A DNA stretch of 64,000 bases, taken from a virus. This document shows positions 57,833 through 64,000 of this stretch, piece after piece. Position 1 is the first letter of the stretch, and each line of letters opens with the position of its first letter. Under the pieces are notes generated by a model. It saw only the letters and a list, made by a program, of their open reading frames with translations. It did not search any database and was not told the origin of the DNA. The stretch covers positions 1 to 64,000 of IMG/VR virus record IMGVR_UViG_3300023110_000023. One strand, written 5' to 3'. A program made the translations under genes and the position numbers.

Positions 57833-59002
57833 ATGGGAATGATTGAGAATATGCGAGATGCCGTTGAAATCAACGGTGGCCGATTGAGCGAAGAACGATA
57901 CCTTGAGGAAGTGCTACGACTGACCGAGAGCGAAGGGGGTTCAACCACCATCGCTTCCTTGAAGTCCAATGCTTTCAACAGCAAGCGAATGGAATCAGCG
58001 GGAATCACCCGTGTGTCCATCGGTGCTGACAAAATGGTGTGGACTGTGAGCCTTGCAGAAGACATGATGAACGGCAACACCAGCACCCTTCAAACGAACT
58101 TCGTTCAGCGCGACACCAGCCAAGACTTCAACACGGATGAAGGATGCTTCTATGGCGTTCCACGACGCTCGCCATCGGACTATCCCGACTTCCTCCAGCA
58201 ATACATCATCCCACGCGGAACTCTCCAATACGAAGAGTCCGACCGCAACGAGATGCGTCTGTTTGCTGTTGCATTCAAGAACGGCTGGAATGTCGCCATT
58301 GACGGTGCAAAGGGCTGTGGGAAGACGATGGGCATTCGTGCCTTCGCTTCCGAAGTCGGTATGCCTGTCCTTCGTGTGAACTGTTCCGAAGGCTTCACCG
58401 AAGAGTCCTTCATCGGCTACAACACGCTCAAGAACGGTGAGATGACTTGGATTGACGGGATGCTTCCAATCGCCATGCGATACGGTTGCCTTCTCATCTT
58501 TGACGAGTTCCGTTCCGCACGACCCGAAATCATGACCGCATGGAACGCTGTCGGTGATTCGGGACAATTGCTCTTGACGGACAACAACAACGAAGTCGTG
58601 TCGGCTCACGCTGACTTCCGCACCTTCGCCACCATGAACCCGCTTGATGGGTATTCGGGTGGACAGGACATCAACCAAGCAACCCTTGACCGCTTTGACC
58701 TCAACATGAAGGTGGACTACCTTCCCGAAGAGAAGGAAATCAAGGTCATCTGTCAGCAGTCGGGCGTGAACAACATCGCCCTCGCTCGCCAATTGGTGTC
58801 CTTCTCCAACGACCTCCGCCGAATGAAGAAGGAAGGCACTCTTGAGTCCGACACCAGCACTCGTATGCTGGTTGCGATGATGGAAGCCAGCCTTGACTTC
58901 AACATGACCGAGATGGTTGAGTTCGTGATGCTTGGTCGCTATCAGCCCCATGAGATTGATGAAATCAAGGCTGTGGCTCGCGCTCGCTTGAGCGATTATT
59001 GA
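57833..59002 (+). CDS. MoxR/CbbQ/CobS-like AAA+ ATPase
   Basis: GAKGCGKT, LIFDE, FATMNP, ATLDRF, STRML. Confidence 0.88.
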   Translation: MGMIENMRDAVEINGGRLSEERYLEEVLRLTESEGGSTTIASLKSNAFNSKRMESAGITRVSIGADKMVWTVSLAEDMMNGNTSTLQTNFVQRDTSQDFNTDEGCFYGVPRRSPSDYPDFLQQYIIPRGTLQYEESDRNEMRLFAVAFKNGWNVAIDGAKGCGKTMGIRAFASEVGMPVLRVNCSEGFTEESFIGYNTLKNGEMTWIDGMLPIAMRYGCLLIFDEFRSARPEIMTAWNAVGDSGQLLLTDNNNEVVSAHADFRTFATMNPLDGYSGGQDINQATLDRFDLNMKVDYLPEEKEIKVICQQSGVNNIALARQLVSFSNDLRRMKKEGTLESDTSTRMLVAMMEASLDFNMTEMVEFVMLGRYQPHEIDEIKAVARARLSDY

Positions 59003-59012
59003 GGCTCACACA

Positions 59013-59073
59013 CGCTGGGAGATTGGGTCGGGCTGGGGGGTTCTCCCAGCGGGGTGTTTCTGCCCCCCAGCCC
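59013..59073 (+). other. H-type pseudoknot-forming intergenic element
   Basis: CGCTGGGAGA/TCTCCCAGCG (10 bp) interleaved with GGGCTGGGGGG/CCCCCCAGCCC (11 bp). Confidence 0.6.
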
Positions 59074-59124
59074 ACACCCTGTCCATCCCTGTGCTTGATA
59101 ACGGTGGGGGCTGAACTCCAGCCC

Positions 59125-59286
59125 ATGTCCTCCGTTGAAGACCTCATCAGCAAGCAAGCCGACCAAATCCGTGAACTCCAATCCAAAGTGGAACGCCTTG
59201 AGCGAATCATTGACGGATTCGGTGAGATGTTGCGACCTTCTCCGAAGGAAAACAACGCACGACTGACCCGATGGATGAACGACTGA
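59125..59286 (+). CDS. small coiled-coil protein
   Basis: ATG 30 nt after TTGATAACGGTGGG; MSSVEDLISKQADQIRELQSKVERLE. Confidence 0.6.
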   Translation: MSSVEDLISKQADQIRELQSKVERLERIIDGFGEMLRPSPKENNARLTRWMND

Positions 59287-60140
59287 TGTTGATTGGTGCG
59301 AAGAGGAACTTCTCGCCCATCAAAGCATGGTTTGAGGCATTCCAACACGGCAAGCCATCGCAATACCCACTCATCGTGGTGGGCGATGCTGGCGTGGGGA
59401 AGACGACCGTTGTGAAGCACTACGCGACCGCGAACGGATTTGATGTCATCTCCAGCGAGGGCGGTGAATCGCGTACGGCTTCGGACTTGAAGCGTCTGTT
59501 CAGCGATGCGAGGATGCCGACTTTCTTTGGACAACGCAGGGCTGTCATCCTTGAGGATGCCGACCTGCTGGGGAAGAAGGAATGGAAGGAGGTTGCCGAG
59601 CCGATTGGAAGCAAGGCATTCCCGTTGGTCATTATCGCGCCCAGCGTGTCGTCTGTGGCGTGGAATTATCGCAGGGGTGCATTGGTGCATCACCTTCCGA
59701 ATCCTTCGCACAGCGACCTCACAGCGTATCTCACGGGGATTGCTGACGATTCCGACCCAGCCCACTTGGATTGGATTGCATCCAACGCATCCACATGGCG
59801 ACAGGCTGAACACCTTCTCCGAACCACGCCCGTTGGATTCCAAGACGAGATTGGAGATTGGAAGCCCAGCCGACACGGACACGATGAAGTCGTGGCGTTG
59901 CTCGCTGGAGATGGTGGCGAATCATTCTCATCCCATCCACTCGCTGTGATTTCATGTGCCGAGTTCAACGGGTGCGACCCCGATGTTGTGTTGAAGGCGA
60001 TGGATTTGCACAGCAAGTCTTGGTCAGCCGACCTATTGAGTCCGATAAGCCGAGCATACATCTCCACGATGCGAACCCAAACGCAGAACCGACCGCCATT
60101 CCGTCAGCGTCAAGCCCAAACCCGATTCCTCAACAAATGA
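59271..60140 (+). CDS. rfcL: replication factor C large subunit-like (short)
   Basis: GDAGVGKTT, TFFGQRRAVILEDAD. Confidence 0.7.
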   Translation: MDERLMLIGAKRNFSPIKAWFEAFQHGKPSQYPLIVVGDAGVGKTTVVKHYATANGFDVISSEGGESRTASDLKRLFSDARMPTFFGQRRAVILEDADLLGKKEWKEVAEPIGSKAFPLVIIAPSVSSVAWNYRRGALVHHLPNPSHSDLTAYLTGIADDSDPAHLDWIASNASTWRQAEHLLRTTPVGFQDEIGDWKPSRHGHDEVVALLAGDGGESFSSHPLAVISCAEFNGCDPDVVLKAMDLHSKSWSADLLSPISRAYISTMRTQTQNRPPFRQRQAQTRFLNK

Positions 60141-60206
60141 CTCAACCATCAATGGTTCAGTTCCATAAGTGGAAGTGTTTATATGGTGCAACGGGCTGGG
60201 AGGGGT

Positions 60207-62411
60207 ATGAGCCGAGCAATATCGCCACGACTACGAGCCCAAGCCCGTGTCCGAACCTTGACCCGTGTAGCCCGTGTGCTATCGGGCGAATTGGAGAAGG
60301 TTGGAACGCCTGTCAAGCAAGTCATCCTGTGTCCACAGGGTCGTGCTTGCACAGACGGACAACGAGTGTGGATTCCCGAAACCATGAGCGAAGACCCACG
60401 ACAGAACTTGATGATGCAAGAAGCCATCCTCGCACATGAGGCGGCGGGTCATCTCCGCTACACCGACTTCGGTGCATGGAAGCGTGTTGGCGACAAAATC
60501 AAGGCTGGCGAGGAAGACCGCTTGCTTCACGACTTCGTGAACATTCTTGAGGATGCCCGTGTGAACCACTTGCTCGCACAGGACTTCGCTGGAAGCGGGA
60601 AGCGTCTTGACGCAACCCAAGAGATTTTCATGGTCAAGCACCGTGAGATGTGGGCAACCAAAACCATTGACGAGTCCAACGCTGGTCGTGCTTCCATCGT
60701 AGCCATGATGACCGAAGCCATCAGCCGTGAAGCACACTTCTTCCCTCACTCCCCATTGGTCTGCGACTACATGGATGAGGTTCGCACTCACATGGTCAAT
60801 GCTATCAGCCAACCAACGACCGATTCGGTCATCAAGTCAGCCAAGAAGGTCTTGGCCGTGTTCCGTGAACACTTCCCAGCAACCGCTGGTGATGACGACA
60901 TGACGGGCATCCCACAGGGCGAAGACGGTGAAGGCATGATGATGGATGACATGAGCCCCGAAGAGATTGAACGCATGGCTCAAGAGCAGAAGAAGCGAGA
61001 GGCGAAGGTGGAAGAAGCACCTCGCCAACGATTCAAGGAACTCAAGGAACAGGCCGAGAAAATGGCTCAAGAGTCCAAGAAGGCACAGGAAGACGCACAG
61101 AACGCACAGGAGAGCGAAGAAAACGCTGGGGAGGGTCAAGACACCACCGAAGGCGAGGAAGACGCTGGAGAGGGCGAGAACGGCCAAAACAGCGATGCTG
61201 GCGATGACGCTGGTGCTGGCGATTCCTTCGTTGAAGACGAGGATGGCGACATTGAAGGCGAGATTGAGGGCGAGGGAAGCGATGGTGAAGGCATGGACAT
61301 CAACATGGACATGGACACCGATGGCGACTCCGATTCCGATTGCGACAACGGCTCTCCTTCCGATGCTGACGCTGACGCTGACGCTCAAGAGGGCGATGCT
61401 CAAGACGGCACTCCACAGAACTCCGATGAAGGTGGCGAGCATGAAGGCGAAACCCCATACGATGACGACTTGGGTGTTGAACTCCAAGACCTCCTTGAAG
61501 CCGAAGAACTTGAAGCACTCAAGTCCGAAGCACAGGAGGCTGGCGAATTGGATGCAGTCAGTTCCGCAGACATTGAAGGCTCATACGATGAGAATGACCG
61601 ATACAGCCTCGTCAAAGTCATCGGTGCTTCCGAGTTCATGGCTGAATATGAAGAACGCAACATCGCTACATACAACATTCACTACGATGTGGTCAAGGGA
61701 CAGAACCGAGCCCAAATCACCACCATGAGCAACCAAATGAAGAGGCTCTTGAAAGACCCACAGGGCAAGTGGGAACGAGCAACCAAGAAGGGTCGCATTG
61801 ACTCTCGCAGACTCTCATACAGCCAAACCAGCAACCGTGTCTTCCGCAAGCGAAACGAAGAGTCCGATGCACAGGTGAACGCACTCATCCTCATTGACGC
61901 AAGCGGTTCAATGAGTGGACACCGCGCACAGATGGCTTCGGAGGCTGGCGTGGTCTTGACCGAAGTGATGGATTCAATCGGCTGGAATGTTGAAGTCGTG
62001 GACTTCCACTCTTCCTTCTCCGACACCACCATCCGTGTTCGCAAGCCAATGATGTCCCCCATCAACCAATTCAGCAAGTCGGCAATCGCTATGCCGTTCA
62101 CGGGTTCATCCAACGGTGATGGCTACGCTGTTGAGTGGTGCTTGAACCGCTTGATGCAATTCAACGGCAAGAAGGTGCTGTTCGTCATCTCCGATGGACA
62201 ACCAAGTGGGGCTCACCCAGCCGACATGAACGAGGAAGAACACTTGCTCAAGGTCGTTGCAGAAGCACCAAAGGAAGTCGGTCTGTTCTCCATCGGCATT
62301 GACGGCATGGACACCAGCAAGTTCTATCCTCACTCCGCATCCTGTGATGCAAGCGACTTGGCGAAGGCTGTGTTGCCTGTGTTCAAGCAAATGGTTCGCG
62401 CCATGCGATGA
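60207..62411 (+). CDS. CobT-like VWA protein with N-terminal metallopeptidase-like motif and acidic linker
   Basis: HEAAGH, NILEDARV, D/E-rich linker, MIDAS LIDASGSM, ISDGQP. Confidence 0.85.
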   Translation: MSRAISPRLRAQARVRTLTRVARVLSGELEKVGTPVKQVILCPQGRACTDGQRVWIPETMSEDPRQNLMMQEAILAHEAAGHLRYTDFGAWKRVGDKIKAGEEDRLLHDFVNILEDARVNHLLAQDFAGSGKRLDATQEIFMVKHREMWATKTIDESNAGRASIVAMMTEAISREAHFFPHSPLVCDYMDEVRTHMVNAISQPTTDSVIKSAKKVLAVFREHFPATAGDDDMTGIPQGEDGEGMMMDDMSPEEIERMAQEQKKREAKVEEAPRQRFKELKEQAEKMAQESKKAQEDAQNAQESEENAGEGQDTTEGEEDAGEGENGQNSDAGDDAGAGDSFVEDEDGDIEGEIEGEGSDGEGMDINMDMDTDGDSDSDCDNGSPSDADADADAQEGDAQDGTPQNSDEGGEHEGETPYDDDLGVELQDLLEAEELEALKSEAQEAGELDAVSSADIEGSYDENDRYSLVKVIGASEFMAEYEERNIATYNIHYDVVKGQNRAQITTMSNQMKRLLKDPQGKWERATKKGRIDSRRLSYSQTSNRVFRKRNEESDAQVNALILIDASGSMSGHRAQMASEAGVVLTEVMDSIGWNVEVVDFHSSFSDTTIRVRKPMMSPINQFSKSAIAMPFTGSSNGDGYAVEWCLNRLMQFNGKKVLFVISDGQPSGAHPADMNEEEHLLKVVAEAPKEVGLFSIGIDGMDTSKFYPHSASCDASDLAKAVLPVFKQMVRAMR

Positions 62412-62417
62412 GGTGAG

Positions 62418-63719
62418 ATGATGAAGCGAAAAGTGTTGATTCCGATTGGCGATGACGATGAGAACTCCACCGAGCATTCCCTGTTCGGAGGCGTTCACTC
62501 AAGTCTGCTGGGCTGGAATGTGGATGATTCTCATTGGAGAGCCACGCAAGCATCGCTGTCCCATCGCGTACAGATGGGGGCTTTCACCGAGATGACCCGA
62601 CTGATGACTGACCAACGAACCGCACGACCCGATGGTGAAATCACGCTGGAGGATTTTGGTCGGGCTGTCAAGGTCGTGGATGACACATACGATGATGTCC
62701 GAGAAGCAAAGGGTCGGGTTGAGAACACGGACTGTGAACTGACCTTCACTTCACCACAGCAGATGCTTGAGGCTGACAGTCAGCGAGGCTATCCCAACGC
62801 CCCTTCATTCAGCGACCCAACCAATTTGGGTGAGGCTAACCAATATCCGTTTGACTTCGGCTGTCCCGTCTTCGTTGTGAGGCAGGGGTGGGGAACTCCC
62901 TTCCCCGTGTTCTCCGAGTTTCAATATCTCGTTGAAGCCAACACAGCATTCAATGACGACCGTAGTGGTGCGTATTCGTGGGTCGGCAATCGCATCAAGA
63001 GCCTTCGGACTATGCCCACCGACCAATACGGCCACATCAATGCAATTGATGTGCCGATGGTGCTGATTCCACTCCCCGACCATGAACCGTATCTCGTTGG
63101 GAAGGTCGCCATGTTGAACACGAATCGCTTCTCGGTCGTGGGCAACATCGCTGACCCGATTCGCACAGGAGTGAACGCTGGGAAGCCCCTTATTCGCCCC
63201 GATATATCGTTTGATGTGTTCCGCTGGCTTCGCCAAAACTATCAGCCACAACACCCACAGGAAACGGCTTGGACTGACATTCGCATCATGGCGTTGGAGA
63301 AGACGCTCAACGGCTTCATTCGCTCGGATGGAGAGCGACTCAATGACTACATCAACAATGCTGGCTATCTCCAATCGTCAGCCATGCTGTTGAAGCACCT
63401 GTCAGCCGTGAACGCGCTGGCGGAGGAAAACACCGAAACGCCTGTCGTGCAAGAGCGAGTGGGGGACTTCATCCCGTCTTGGAAGGATAAGCGAAAGCCC
63501 ATCCTCATTGACCGAGCATTCCCCCAATACCCCGTCTTCCATGACGAGATTCGCTGTGCTGGATGCAACGGCAGGGTGCTGATGAAACTCCCTGCTGGGA
63601 ACACCCTCTCATCGCTTCCATGCCCACACGATTCGTGCGAAAGCACCCTCCAATTCACCCACCTTCTCGGCAACCAAAACGGTCAAAAAGGTGGGACTGA
63701 AAATGAAATTGCGAAGTGA
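62418..63719 (+). CDS. hypothetical protein with C-terminal Zn ribbon
   Basis: GAGGTGA RBS; CAGC...CPHDSC. Confidence 0.7.
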   Translation: MMKRKVLIPIGDDDENSTEHSLFGGVHSSLLGWNVDDSHWRATQASLSHRVQMGAFTEMTRLMTDQRTARPDGEITLEDFGRAVKVVDDTYDDVREAKGRVENTDCELTFTSPQQMLEADSQRGYPNAPSFSDPTNLGEANQYPFDFGCPVFVVRQGWGTPFPVFSEFQYLVEANTAFNDDRSGAYSWVGNRIKSLRTMPTDQYGHINAIDVPMVLIPLPDHEPYLVGKVAMLNTNRFSVVGNIADPIRTGVNAGKPLIRPDISFDVFRWLRQNYQPQHPQETAWTDIRIMALEKTLNGFIRSDGERLNDYINNAGYLQSSAMLLKHLSAVNALAEENTETPVVQERVGDFIPSWKDKRKPILIDRAFPQYPVFHDEIRCAGCNGRVLMKLPAGNTLSSLPCPHDSCESTLQFTHLLGNQNGQKGGTENEIAK

Positions 63720-63724
63720 TTGAC

Positions 63725-64000
63725 ATGGCGAAGAAAATCCCCAAGAGTTTGAAGCGAAGCATCGTGAAGGCGTTGCTGAATGAAGAAGAATTGACACCAG
63801 CACAGGTCAGCGAGCGAGTGAACGCTGACCCCGAACTGCCCGAAAACTATCGGAAGACTCCGAAGCAGATGGCGTTTGTGATGAACCAAGTGGTCAAAGA
63901 ACTGAATGGCGTTGAGATGGTCGTGCTGTCCCGAAACGGTGTCAGCCATCATGGGAACGAGCGATTCCGAAAGGCGTATCGTGCAACATACGAAACGCTG
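63725..64000 (+). CDS. putative winged-helix protein (partial)
   Basis: MAKKIPKSLKRSIVKALLNEEELTPAQVSERV... open to window end. Confidence 0.55.
   Translation, partial: MAKKIPKSLKRSIVKALLNEEELTPAQVSERVNADPELPENYRKTPKQMAFVMNQVVKELNGVEMVVLSRNGVSHHGNERFRKAYRATYETL

Noticed and set aside
57995-58951. Long antisense ORFs (also 8289-9293, 11240-12079, 41618-42319)
   Set aside because: Shadow frames of well-supported + strand genes with biased codon usage; no motifs
61100-61480. Low-complexity GAC/GAT/GGC repeats
   Set aside because: They encode the acidic linker typical of CobT-like VWA proteins
1-64000. Integrase, transposase or prophage boundary
   Set aside because: No recombinase or transposase motifs and no host housekeeping genes; the window appears entirely viral

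Overview
A 64-kb segment of a tailed dsDNA archaeal virus genome (Caudoviricetes). It most resembles the magroviruses of Marine Group II/Poseidoniales; this is inferred from gene content, not from a database search. Positions ~2-36 kb hold the morphogenesis module: GpA-type terminase, portal-MuF fusion, prohead protease-scaffold, HK97-fold MCP, head-tail proteins, tail tube, frameshifting tail chaperones, tape measure, two giant tail proteins and a reverse-strand hub protein. Positions ~36.7-60 kb hold a near-complete archaeal-type replisome: XPD-like and AAA+ helicases, SSB, PCNA, primase, XPF nuclease, RFC-S/L and PolB. A MoxR AAA + VWA pair follows. Direct reading shows three promoter classes, each with the start codon about 30 nt after the box (leaderless transcripts). 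One class (tandem TTGATA boxes, 14 copies) drives small accessory cassettes scattered through the conserved modules. Two promoters point at non-coding structured sequence: a ~445-nt multi-pseudoknot RNA between terminase and portal (5363-5807) and a ~125-nt pseudoknotted RNA with anti-Shine-Dalgarno-like motifs directly upstream of an HNH nuclease (16098-15975, minus strand). Palindromic 4-mers look strongly avoided, and every GTAC I found overlaps CGCG, suggesting CGCG modification shields those sites. All protein calls are from motif recognition by eye.
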